From: Octopus bimaculoides
Lineage: Eukaryota
Length of the DNA: 63,708 nt
Assembly: GCF_001194135.2 (NCBI RefSeq)
Contig: NC_068991.1
Coordinates: forward strand, 79,113,509 to 79,177,216
Reading direction: 5' to 3'
Below the pieces are notes generated by a model. The model saw only the letters and a list, made by a program, of their open reading frames with translations. It searched no databases and was not told the origin of the DNA. The translations under genes were made by a program, and so were the position numbers. Of this stretch, positions 40,536 to 53,719 are shown piece after piece. The stretch's first letter is position 1, and the number at the start of each line of letters is the position of its first letter.

Positions 40536-41802
40536 ACCTAGACAGATCGATAGATATATAGACAGTCAGACAGATAAATGAATAGATAGATAAATAGGTA
40601 AATAGACAGAGAGACAACCAGACAGATGAAAAAGGTAACTATATAGCTGCTGTCTCTTATGTTGGGATTTGGAAGCTTCCCTATCTCATCGTAACACCTG
40701 CATGTTTCCGAGGCAGAGAGAAACAATCTTGCGAAAACGGTTTACAAGGTTTTATGTGGGAAGAATTCTGCTGATGGCTAAAAATATCAAACCGGAAGCA
40801 GAAACGGAAAATGTTTACACCTTTAAAAATAACGAAGTCAGCTGGATCATTTGAATGAAAACGGACACCAGGCATCACGACAACGGGTCAAGTAGAGTTT
40901 GTATGAGAGAGGGAGCACAAATGAAACAGAATTGTAGAGATCAATTCCCCAGCAGATGTAGACGTCTCTTAAAAACTTGGGGTAAAGGGGCATATTTATG
41001 GAGAATTGATATAAAACATACTGGTCTTATAAAGCATACAGCCTATATATCTTCCATACTTCCTAGTATCAGAGGTGCACTGGATTGCGTAACAGTATAT
41101 CTGTATATAAATCTAGGAACGCTTAGGTACTCCAAAATAGAACGACGTAGAGTGATTCATATTGTCTGAAAAGTTGATCAGAATAACTGTGAAAATTTGT
41201 AAAGCTTTTCCGGGTTTCTTCATTTGAAGTTCATGGGTGAACATATGAACGCAATAACACGCACATACAGGCACATATACTCACGCACATAAGCAGTGCA
41301 GCACACAAACTTGTATTCTCTTGTGACCCATACACCTACAAGTGCTTCATACATACGTAAACGCATATGCACAGCACACAAGCACACACACACACACACA
41401 CACACACGTATGCACACTTAGACCTATCGAGGTAAGCAGAAAATGCAAGAGCTGTCTTCACTTAAACAAAAGAGATCTTCCACTTTGTTAAAGATCAGCT
41501 TTAATTCTGCAAAGGAAAACTAAGGAATTAAATCTCAAAAGAACCGTACGTATATGCATGCATACATGCATACATACCTACATAAAATTCATTGTGTGTG
41601 TGTGTGCGCTCATGTTTGTGTGTATATGTAGGTCGGTGGTTGTCTGAATGCAGCTACCGATGACATCTAGCCTTTTCAACTAAAATTTACCAAATACCAG
41701 TTTTGGAGATGCCTTTTATGAAAGAGGCTGACATTTTATCTTCAACCGATCGGATGAAGAAAGTCACTGCCAGAAATTACATCCAACGGATTTGAAATTG
41801 GT

Positions 41803-42025
41803 GTTCTTTTATTCTTTTACTTGCTTCAGTCATTTGATTGCGAGACCATGCTGGAGCAATGTCTTTAGTCGAACAAGTCGATCCAAGGGCTTATTCTTTG
41901 TAAGCCTAGTAATTACTCTATCGCTCTCTTTTGCCGAACCTCTAAGTTATGGGGACGAAAACACACCAAAATTGGTTGTAAAGCGGTGGTGAGGGGAGCA
42001 AACACAGACACATATACACACATAC
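41803..42025 (-). mobile_element. SINE family A 3' half only
   Basis: TTTTACTTGCTTCAGTCATTTGATTGCG...TTTTGCCGAACCTCTAAGTTATGGGGACG; no head follows. Confidence 0.85.
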
Positions 42026-42403
42026 ATTTTAAGATAATCCGACTAACGATGATTTTGATATTTTTGGAACAAATGACAACTGGTGGGCCGTAACTGTTTT
42101 GGTCATTGTTCTAACATTTTCCAACAATTTTGAAGAGAGTTAAACAATTCTTGACTTTTTTTCTTTGTGTGAATGTCTCAATTGACGAAGAGGTATTGGA
42201 ACATGTAATTCTAAGCACTAATTGCATTGATCTCTCTCTCTTCCTCCCTCTCACCCATTTGCCTTCTTTGTCTCTCACGCTCTCTTTCTTTGGCAGAACA
42301 ATTTATTCGCCATTCCATATATCTCTAACTACCTGTTTCTATCTATATACGCAAGTACATACATATATACATACATACCGACACTCTCTCACATACACGC
42401 GTA

Positions 42404-42452
<49 letters not shown>

Positions 42453-42455
42453 GAT

Positions 42456-42801
42456 AATATGCTGAACCCAACTACTTGCAGACGGTGTATCCCGTTGAAT
42501 TCACTAATTTAATTCATAGCAAAAGTGACAAAAAAAGGAGGAAAAGAAAAAGAAAGAAAAAACTATGTTATTTTGCCAACATGGTTTACATATAGAAGTA
42601 CAAAGTATCCTCTAATTCCTTATGTACTTTGTACTTCTATATGTAAACCACGTTGGCAAAATAACATAGTCTGCCATAGACACCTGTGCTTTGGTTCTTT
42701 CTTTCTTTTTCTTTTCTCCCTTTTTTTGTCACTTTTGCTATGAATTAAATTAATGAATTCAACGGGATACACCGTCTGCAAGTAGTTGGGTTCAGCATAT
42801 T
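42456..42801. repeat. 346-bp near-perfect inverted repeat (hairpin)
   Basis: 42456-42607 pairs with 42625-42801; 17-nt loop, one ~24-nt bulge, only a few mismatches. Confidence 0.97.
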
Positions 42802-44804
42802 TTCCTCCATTTTCTAATTGTTACACAAATTTTGGGTAAAACCTCCACTTTTACCCGCTCCCATTGATTGCACCTAGTATAGCACTAGTGTAGCAATAAT
42901 TGGGTACCCTCCCAGCAGTATACTGGATAGATACTATCCCTTAGTGGGTTGAACCCCCAACCCCTAACTCTCTCACGTTATATATATATATATAGGGAAT
43001 AATTGATGGATTTTTGCTCTTCGTTTGGTCCAAAATGTCTGCTAACCCCAGCGGTCAGTATCCAATGCACGTGCCTACAACTAGTTGTTTGTCACTGGCG
43101 AATTCTTCCGTTGGGTAATTGCGTATTCTGCTCAGGTGAGTAAAGATTCCTTCGAGTATATCAAAATTTACTAATAATAAAGTGTATGGAGACTTGCACA
43201 TCGACAATATTTATTTTATAAACATTTGCAGCATATGACAATGACCTACACGTGTTTCCACTGCCGCGACAACACGTTGTTGCAGATGATTCCTTGCAAT
43301 ATTTTCAGTGCAGTATTATGCTGTATAAATATCTATAAAATAAATATTGTGGATGTACAAGTCACCATGCTTACAGTCCTAATACTTTATAGATATTAGA
43401 ATAATGACAATTGCAGTGTATTTACACAAAACTGTACTTACTGTTAATCGTGAAAACCAGCCATTAACGGCTTAAACGATTCGTTACGGATGAATGAAGG
43501 TGAAAACACTTGAAGCGTTCGACTCTTGGATTTGGTATTAGTAGGGGTAAATTAATAAAAATACTAAAACAATCAGTAATATATTGTTGTCATGAATGTA
43601 ACGAGATTATTACAAGGCATTGTGTGATAGAACAAAAGAATATTCAAACTATCAAGAAATGATCATGCCCAAAATATATATATACCCATGTCGCAGTTTT
43701 ATATCTGCTGATTAAATGTAGCTATGATATATCATTCATTTTTAATCACACACATTTGCATATTAAAGTAATTTTTAAAATTTAGTTTTTACTTAATCGC
43801 TTATTCACGCAATAATAAACTCGGTTTACAATATACTTTAAATGTATTCAAAGCGGAAGCACTGGTCTTAAAAAGGATGTTATCCTTCGTATATACTGTT
43901 TAGTATTTGCGTGTAACATATCTTTCTACTTGTTCTACAATATATATATATTGCCTTATGACATGGATGCTATTCAACAAACAAGAAAAAGAGAGCGAAG
44001 GTGATTCTGGCCGCTAGAATCAATACGCAGATATCCATAAACGTTTACCCTCCAATCACCGAATTAGCAGAGGAAAAACCTCTAAACATTACAATATCTT
44101 ACAAATTCTATATGCGCTCCATAAAAGTTGACTTTGGACTTTGCTATAACTTAAATGGAAGGTGGAGACATACATCCTTCTGAAGTGTTAAATATGTCAT
44201 TCCAAATGAGTTTCAGGGTGGAAATCACGAGACATATATTTTTCTTAACTGAATTTCATTTCAAGCATTTTTCTTTCACTTGATTAGGGATTTGAGAAGC
44301 ACCTATAGTATTTCTTTTATGTGTTCTTGTAATTATTAGTTTCAAAGGAATTTTATTATTCTTAAAGCATAAATTGGAATAAACTTTTGAAAAATAACTT
44401 ATTAAATAAAAATATATTGGCGAATGTACAAGTAGAACTCCGCCTCTTACGAAATTTTCATCGGAATAATTTTATTTGAAAAAATAATAGGTATAGCAGT
44501 ATAATATTTCTTTTGATTTATGAAATGCGGCATTGTTAAATGGTAGTAAACTCAATGTGGCCTACCGATATATTAAAAAAAGAAACACGATTCCCAACCC
44601 AATAACAAACAAAAATCGATACAATACTTAAAAGTGCAAAATAAAATTATACCAATTCTTGACTTAAACACATCCGTTCTGAAAATTTTATTTTAAATCT
44701 AAGTATAACATTTAACCTTTTCTCTGTAGAGAAAATATATAAAATGTACTTATATTTACATATGTATGTGTGTGTGTATATATATTTATGTATATATGTA
44801 TAGA

Positions 44805-44835
<31 letters not shown>

Positions 44836-44935
44836 NNNNNNNNNNNNNNNNNNNNNNNNNNNNNNNNNNNNNNNNNNNNNNNNNNNNNNNNNNNNNNNNN
44901 NNNNNNNNNNNNNNNNNNNNNNNNNNNNNNNNNNN

Positions 44936-44976
<41 letters not shown>

Positions 44977-45724
44977 TAAGGAATGCTAAAAGCAGAAATA
45001 TATTTCGGGATCAGAAAAGAAACAAGATATTATAATACGAGCACACACATTTCTAGAAATGCCTGTTAAGATACTATTTCTTAATCGTTCCCAGAGGTCT
45101 CTGTGTTGTGTATCTATTCATTGCAATTTGTATATCATTTTAGTGATCAAGTCGCTTCAAATGCATTGATATGTTAGAGTGATTATTATAAGCACTTTGA
45201 AGTGAAGGTAAAAAATAAACCATTCTCTTCTATGAAGAGCATTGTGTTAACATGCAAAAAGTTTGAAACTCTTTCTAAACTATAAATATGTGTCAATATT
45301 TTAAGTTCGTGCTTGTTTATATGAAACACAAAACTGTGATTATGGTTGTGACTCAGAGAAATATTGTTATGGAATTGCAAGGAAAGTATTTTTTTTCATT
45401 TACTACTATATATCTAATGAATTGAATGTAGGTTCTCAATTAGAAAAGAATTATGGAACGTGAAAATGGATTGTAGGTCAAGAACCGTGACGCTGGTTAG
45501 ATATATTCCAGACATATCGTTGCTCGTATTTAGCGGATCCTGTGATTTTAGATAATAAAAAAAATAAGAGAGAAAGACTAGCTTTTTTGCTACGAAGCGC
45601 TAGAGTAACACTTCGAGAATTGACTTGTATCTACCTGGCCAGTCACAAAATGGTAAATAAAAAGAAATTGGAGAAGCAAAGATAACTATCAGGTTATATA
45701 AGCGCCCTCGATGGAAAGAAAAAA

Positions 45725-45782
45725 GGGTGAGTACGCATGGGACTTGAACCCACGCCCCTTATTGAAGAGGATTTATTCAAGT
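45725..45782 (-). pseudogene. Class II (Leu/Ser-like) tRNA 3'-half remnant
   Basis: The minus strand has a long variable arm CCTCTT-CAAT-AAGGGG followed by a T-arm GTGGG-TTCAAGT-CCCAT; no D-arm and no acceptor-stem partner. Confidence 0.35.
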
Positions 45783-46899
45783 AACTGTTATGCATATGTT
45801 TCCGAAATCGATATTTATGTAAATGCCCGTCATTTCATCACTAATTGATCTCTCTCACTCTCTCTCTCTCTCTGTTATATATTCATGTATATATATAATA
45901 CAAAATGGGACAAGAGTGCAAAACATCCAGACAGGTGATACAATAAAGGGACAACAAAACATCCAGACAGACGATACAAAGAAAACAAGGACGGGTCATT
46001 CGGAATTTTCTTTCCTCAGTCGAGTTCCAGATTATCTTTGCAATTTCGGCTATACACACACACGCGCACATATATATATATACACACACACACACACATG
46101 TATGTATGTATCTGTCTGTGTAAATATACATATATATATATATANNNNNNNNNNNNNNNNNNNNNNNNNNNNNNNNNNNNNNNNNNNNNNNNNNNNNNNN
46201 NNNNNNNNNNNNNNNNNNNNNNNNNNNNNNNNNNNNNNNNNNNNNNNNNNNNNNNNNNNNNNNNNNNNNNNNNNNNNNNNNNNNNNNNNNNNNNNNNNNN
46301 NNNNNNNNNNNNNNNNNNNNNNNNNNNNNNNNNNNNNNNNNNNNNNNNNNNNNNNNNNNNNNNNNNNNNNNNNNNNNNNNNNNNNNNNNNNNNNNNNNNN
46401 NNNNNNNNNNNNNNNNNNNNNNNNNNNNNNNNNNNNNNNNNNNNNNNNNNNNNNNNNNNNNNNNNNNNNNNNNNNNNNNNNNNNNNNNNNNNNNNNNNNN
46501 NNNNNNNNNNNNNNNNNNNNNNNNNNNNNNNNNNNNNNNNNNNNNNNNNNNNNNNNNNNNNNNNNNNNNNNNNNNNNNNNNNNNNNNNNNNNNNNNNNNN
46601 NNNNNNNNNNNNNNNNNNNNNNNNNNNNNNNNNNNNNNNNNNNNNNNNNNNNNNNNNNNNNNNTATATATTGATATTTATATTTCGTATATTTATATTTT
46701 AAATTTATTATGTTGACGTGTCATGTTGGATGTATGTCTTTCAAAATATTAAATATTGATTTCCTGAGTATATTATTGATGAGGTCATGAATTTATTAAT
46801 AATATAAAAACACATATATACACATTTATTTGCTCAAAATAATTGAGCACTCAACATAATTTCAGTTATATATTCTTTTAGAATATTACTTATAAAAGT

Positions 46900-46937
<38 letters not shown>

Positions 46938-47568
46938 TGTATGTAAGTATCTGTCCGTGTAAATAAATATATATATATATATATACACACACATACCATT
47001 GACAATCTAACTGCTATTGTTCTTGAGATTACTATAAGTACACATACGTGTCATATCTATCTGACCATCATCACTACTGAACGAACTGATTATTGTGATA
47101 GGCAACAATGATCTCTTTGCCTTACAATGAGTTAGAGGAAATTACGTGTTACGTTACCTGCCGTTATTCAATCATTAGGTTCCCTCTTCTTTTACAACCT
47201 CTTCTTATAAATGTCAGTCTTTTCTAATCAATACTAACATATTTTGAACTGAAAACAAAAACCAGTTCAATATGGGCGTAGGTTTAAGAGAGGTTATCGT
47301 TGCATTGTATTGCGATATAGAGTTGATATAGCTTCAGTAATTGATCATAATCTTTATACCATTTCAGCACCAAGTGACATTCATATATGTAATATAATTA
47401 ATACTAAATACGCACTGAAATGAGAAGGGATAACGATCGGTAATTGTTGAGGAATATAATTTGTGTACAGTAGCAATTAACGTGTGTCCTAGTTCTCTAT
47501 AATAAATATAATGAATTTAGCGTAATTTCTTTTGATATTGTTATTATTCTCATTTTTACCGACCAAAA

Positions 47569-47850
47569 GAGGGCGGTGAACTGGCAAAATAGTCTGTGCC
47601 TCGGTGGACATGCCTAGCAGCATTTTATCCGTCTTTTTGCGTTCCAAGTTCAAATTCCTCAGAGGTCAACATTGTCTTTCCTGCTTTCGAATTCGATTAA
47701 ATAAATACCGATCGAGAACTGAGGTCAATTTATTCGACTTATCTCCCTCACTTTAAATTGGCGGCCGTATGTTAAACACTGGAGTTGATGCAATCGTCAA
47801 TTCCCTTGCCATAAAAGTTTCAGGCATTGTGCCTAGAAGAGCAAGGGTTA
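47569..47850 (+). mobile_element. SINE family B with repeated 3' part
   Basis: GGCGGTGAACTGGCAAAAT...AGTTCAAATTCCTCAGAGGTCAAC...; a second 3' block ending TTTCAGGCATTGTGCCTAGAAG. Confidence 0.75.
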
Positions 47851-48049
47851 TTAGAACACTGGACAAGTAGAATATTTTGAGTGTTGGCACTTCATGTTCT
47901 GAATTCAAACAACACCGTGGTAAAATTTGTCTTTCTTCATTCTAAATTACCTGTCCAATATTCGGTCAATTTAATTTCCTCGTTCCCACCTGAACTAATT
48001 TCTTGTCTTTCGATTTAACTTCCTTCTCTCGTTACTATTTTAATCACTT

Positions 48050-50530
48050 AATTATATGAAACCCCACAGGAATTGTAATATATCTTTGTAAGGTTCTCCT
48101 CAAGTGACTCTCCTGCATGCTGGTGCTACTTCTGATCATCCTCGTGTTTATCGTTATCATATTTCATTGCATGGTTTGGATATAAAATACAAGTTATTTC
48201 CATTTCTAGATCTTTATATTTGGTGAACCAATAAAAGGTAAATGATACACTATCGTTTATTGTGACTGAGTTGAATCATGAGAAAATACATTTCCTTCGC
48301 AGTAATATCCTGCCGATTATCCTCATCTCCAAGGCTGCATTATTCTGCATAATCAAATGCGTGGATGCTTTGTCATTCTAAGTAATTTATTACTTTACAT
48401 TTCATTCAGTATCATTCCATAATGCTCCGGTCCTTTCTAGAACATCTACACTGCTGTGGATGTTCTTTTATTCTTAGACTGTGGCCATGCTGGGGCACTG
48501 CTAGTGTATATATAATTTCTAGATAAGTGATCAGTCATTTCTGTTGAATGTCCACATATTCCATAGTTGGCTAATGTATTCTGCTTCTGTTAGAGCTTCC
48601 TGGTACTTTAAGGTGTAAATACCTTGAACTTGGCTCAAAATGAAAAATTCTTCTGTGTCAATTGCAAACCACTCCAACGTTAAGTTTGCGACTTTTCTTT
48701 ATCCATTTAACCATTATACTTTTTCTTTTATTCTTTCATTTGTTTCAGTCATATGACTGCGGCCATGCTGGGGCGACGCCTTTTAGTTGAAGCAACCGAC
48801 CCCTGATCTTATTGTTTGTAAACCTGCTACTTATCCTATCGATTTCTTTTGCCAAACCACTAAAGTTACGGGGGACCTAAACACACCAACATCGGTTGTC
48901 AAGCGATGGTGCTGGGGCAAACACAGGGACAAACAACACGCATATATATATATATATATATANNNNNNNNNNNNNNNNNNNNNNNNNNNNNNNNNNNNNN
49001 NNNNNNNNNNNNNNNNNNNNNNNNNNNNNNNNNNNNNNNNNNNNNNNNNTATATATACGACGGGCTTCTTTCAGTTTCCGTCTACTAAATCCACTCACAA
49101 GGCTTTGGTTGGCTCGAGGCTATAGTTGATAAAAATTGCCCAAGGTGCCACGCAGTGGAACTGAACCTGGAACCATGTGGTTGGGAAGCAAGCTTCTTGC
49201 CACACAGCCTCATCTGCACCTATTCAATGGTTGTAAATTTCCGCCTCATATAAAGACTTTTCTTGCCATCGTTTTAGTACAATATTCATTCATTCAGAGA
49301 AGGAGAGAGAGAGAGAGAGAGAGAGAAAGAAAGAAAGAGAAAGAGAGAGAGAAAGAGAGAGAAACTAAGTGAGACGGAAACAGAAAGAGAAGCAGAGAAA
49401 AAGTGCGTGAGAGAGAGAGAGATTTTTCTAATATCATACCAGTAAATTCCACTTGATACTTCCAAGTGTTTTTCTAGCTCCGCTCAAGTTACGTTATAAC
49501 AGTTTTCTAATTGTTTTTTGCCTACGTTCTCTGTGTGCAGGATAGTTATATTCTGTCGATATGAGTATTTGGTGGGTGTAGGTACACATCAAAGTACTGT
49601 CAGTAGTTTCTTGTGTTTTCTTGTCTATGTTCATTTATTCATATCTATTATCTTATATCAAGATTGACTTCAGTTTTGAATATATCTGATTCTTTTTGCT
49701 AATTTTCTTCATCATCTCTCTGCTCTGTATCTCACCGACTTAACTGCTTCTAATTATTTCGAACGTTAGTTCTGTTTTAATGTGTATGGATCTAATTTGA
49801 TATTCTAAGTTTTGCTATCTGTAACTTTTTAGAGTAACTTAGTCATTTTTGTTTCGTCTAATATTCATATTTATATCTTGGTTTATTTATAAACACTTTT
49901 AGTCTGGTCACCAGCTGTGTATTTTGTTTAGCAAATAGTTTTCAGCTATTAATGCTACAGAGGATTCGACATATAGACTGTCTAGCATTTATAATCAGTG
50001 CTAGATTTCTTCAGCAAATTATTCAATTGAGTCAGAACTAGAAAGGATAGTAGAGCAATTAAGAGAGTATCTCTGAAAGGGTAGTTTTCATATGGGTATA
50101 ATACTGGTTTTATTTACTTTTTGTGTGTAGTTATACAATCGTGAAGAGGGATAACCACATTAGTATATTCTTCTACTAGCAGGAATGGGTTTAAGTTCAA
50201 TCATCACATTTACTTTTTCCGGAAGAACTGTTTCTCATTTTCCTCTGATGTAGCTGATGTATCTGTTCGGTATTTGTGCTGTCGAACATCTTTTAGGGAT
50301 GAAAATACCGTTGAAATCGCTCTGATAATGGACACATGTCTTGCCAAGACCCTTCAGACTCTTTTTCAATCACTGTTCATGGTTCAATAACTGATATTTA
50401 CAATTGTGTGAGCTACTGCTGCCTCGCATTTGTTCTTCGGGAAGTGAATTTTGTTAATGAGAGCACCGTTTGTCTTCGATATTATGCAGTTAAGAATCTG
50501 TATTCCTCAGGCAGGCAAGATAAGGTTCAA
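48050..50530 (-). mobile_element. Decayed R4/Dong-like LINE (RT + RLE endonuclease), interrupted by a SINE
   Basis: In order on the minus strand: CLP..Y.ILT-like, LPEEQ...CKYQLLN, FQ.D.L-like, LKLFAK-like, DKKT.KLLT...HP...IDR, TE.F...Q...KYQ, and KYKDLEMEI (48195-48221). Confidence 0.75.
48722..49221 (-). mobile_element. SINE family A, full length
   Basis: Reverse complement of 3849-4360 along its whole length, including the internal microsatellite and gap. Confidence 0.92.
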
Positions 50531-50994
50531 AAGCATCAGTGATTAAGATGAATATTTTTTAGCTTCCACTTAGTGATCAATTCATGAGTTTTTCAATTTC
50601 AATACATTCTTAAACACTTTTACCAATACCGATAGGCTTGCTTTTTACATATTTCAATCTAAATTTCCGAACAATTTCAATGCTTAGTGCTCTCCTGTTG
50701 CAATTTCATCTGAACGACGTCTTGCTTCGCTATGGTAATTGTTGTTTTGAATACTTTCGCATGTGTTGTTCCCATCATTGAGATTAAAGATAAAAACAAT
50801 GTTCAAAATAATAGATGCCATAGGAATAATAAGTGAAAAAGCAAGGAGAGATGTACATAAAATCGTATGAGTTACATATATACACAAAGCAGAGGACAGC
50901 AAATCACTGATTGAATATATTTTATATATATATACTATTACTGTCAATGTAACATGTAGAAAGAATTCTATATCATATTATGAGAATAGAACCA

Positions 50995-51310
50995 TATTCT
51001 TTTATTCCTTTCAGTCAGTGGAATGCAGCCATGCTGGGGAAGCACCTCGAATGATTTGGTCGAATTATGACCCCAGTATTTATTTTAAAGTCTGGTACTT
51101 ATAGCAACTCTACTTTTCCAAAGCTAAAAATTAGAGGAACGTAATTAAACTAACGCTGGTTGCTAAAAAGGAAAGAAAAAGGGCAAAGAAGCATATTCAG
51201 GAAACACATACACACATATTTGTTTATACTACAAGCACTCACACTCTTCCCGTCAATCCAATCCCACCACAATGCATTGGTTGACTCGGAACTATAGTGG
51301 AAAATATATT
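50995..51310 (-). mobile_element. SINE family A, old diverged copy
   Basis: TGCAGCCATGCTGGGG...GACCCCAGTATTTATTTT...TTGGTTGACTCGGAACTATAGTGGAA. Confidence 0.55.
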
Positions 51311-53719
51311 CTGCTCATTATACCAAAAACTCAAATTCTCCATATCTATCGTTCTAAAATATTTTAAAAAATCTTTCTTGGCCAGGATGAATGTTCAGAA
51401 CCCAGTCTTGCCAGATCCCACGAGACCAAATCATGCTGATGCCTTTAAATATTATACTTAAAATTGTTACATTATACATCTGCAAGACGGAGACGAAAAA
51501 GGAGTCGATTCCAGAGGCCTCAGGCCTCACATCCCGTTAAGTCCTAAGAATATTGTTTAGTATGGAATTAGGGGGGGGGGGTAGAAACAGCATGAATGAT
51601 GGAAGGAGAAAGAGTAACGGAAAGAGTGATTAAGTGCACGTAGCACGGGACTAGACACTTCCGAGGAACAGAGGCCACTGTGGTAGAGATAGAAAAGATA
51701 GAGAGAGGATACAGTACATGTGTGAGACAAAAGCTGAAGCTGATCAATACCTTTATGACAATCCGCTGAGTGGCTGGTCTTTGTGTTTCATCCAGCTTGT
51801 CAATGTATGTTCTAGGAAGACACACCCAAAGCAATTATTCCAAGTGAGTATCAAATATGTCGACAACCTTTTGAATATTTCTACGATGAATAAATGTAAA
51901 ATCTTCCTCGAAATAAATGCATCAAATGCAATAAATAAACTACATCAAACCAATCAATAGGAAGTGGTTTCCTTTAATCACATATCTTCTTTTTACTTGG
52001 ACTGTTTCGCCTCATTAACCTAATTTAATGGCAGCTGTATTGCCTTTGTTGCCATTTTAATATAGTTATTTTATCGAAGTGGTCTCAGTATTTTTATTTT
52101 AACTTCTTAATTATGATTTTCATTTAATTCATTTTTTTCTCATTGATTTTTACATTTTTAGGAGATGTCCTATAATTTCAGATTAAGAACCCTTAAAACA
52201 TCAATAGAATTTACACATGGGCAAATTCGAACAGATCGATAATGCCGTCTTTCTCCAGCAAACCACTATCCATAAATTTAAGGAGGAAAAACATTTATTA
52301 CAAACCTTATTAAAATCAAAGTGTATTTCAATGACAGATTCGTTTAAGTGAGATCGTCTCCTCCTCTCCATCATCTTCAACATTAGTAATGGCGATGATG
52401 ATAGCGACAACGATTACGACAACTACGATGACAAAAGGAATTCTTTCAACAGTTGTAATTACTGCTCAAGTTTGTCAATAGAAAACAAAATATTTATAAA
52501 TGATTCGACACTGAAAAAAGCAATCAAAACTTGAAGAAAAAAAATTAAATAATTCTTTTTTTTTTCCTTTTTCATCTTCGTTTCTGTATGACTGCATAGA
52601 ATATTGGCTGTCGAGTGATATTTAAATCAGTGAGTATCACATGATTATTGGATTAAATGGACGTTTAATGAAGCAGCAATATCTCGCTTTATAATTCAAG
52701 TATCAAGGTGTTCTCTGAAAGCCCGGCTAAGCAACCAACCATTTAAAACAATTCGCAGTATTCAAATTTCATTATGGCATTACTTGTACGGCCTCACGTT
52801 TCTAAAATAAGATCTCACTGAGGCAGAATTTGTATTCTATTGGCCTTGTTGGTCGATAAAATTGGGTACCATTAATCTAATGCTGTTAAGTTTTTTTCTT
52901 TTCTTATTTTTTACAAATATTTGACGTCTTGCAGAAAACGTAAACTATTTCGAATTACAGAAACGACTGCAGTTAGTTTCAATTACCAAGTAATTTTGCA
53001 ACATACATTTATAACACACAATTTTATAGTATAGGTTAGCTAATTCAGATTGCATTCTTAGAATTGAGAATTGATTAAAAATAATGAATAATTCTGAGAG
53101 TCTTATAGCATCTTCGATTTTGTGTTTTATAAGATTGTTGACGTGAAAGCATGTGTTGAATCTTGGGAAGATCATTTTGCCAACTAGAACGCCAAACAGT
53201 GGATTTATTATTAAAAGTCAACTAACTGTCTATTAATAACGAGGGCATATCATTGATGAAATTGGGGTTAGCTATGAAAAGAATTTAATGAACGAAACGC
53301 ACTGATTGACTGGTCAAATTAAACATAATAAAAAACGACTAGCTGATTGCTTTGATGATTTATTAGTTAACTTAAATATCTCCGCCTAAGTGGGAATAAA
53401 CATTATCTCCCAGCATTAATACTGCCTCTATAGCAAATATATAGTTTTTAACAAGCACAACGGCTAATCGCGGCACAAGTGCCTCTTCTGGCACTGATTG
53501 CTTTTATATATCGCTGGCGAGTGTGTGAACCGCTCCTATCTGTAGCTGTCGAGAACAAGGAAGGTGGAAATCATGTGATCTGGTGATCTCGTGCAGGATT
53601 GGTGGGGGGAGGTATACTCTCCCCGTTAACAATAAAGAAACGTGCACACTAAAAGCCTGTATGAGTTTCCCTCATGATTTCTACCGTATTAAATTTTATT
53701 CTAACTGAACATCCACGTT

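Larger units (their letters stand above)
4021..49049. other. Seven assembly gaps (approx. 4021-4063, 9445-9454, 12379-12584, 25939-26150, 44836-44935, 46145-46663, 48963-49049)
   Basis: N runs, each flanked by dinucleotide microsatellite, typical of short-read assembly failure. Confidence 0.95.
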
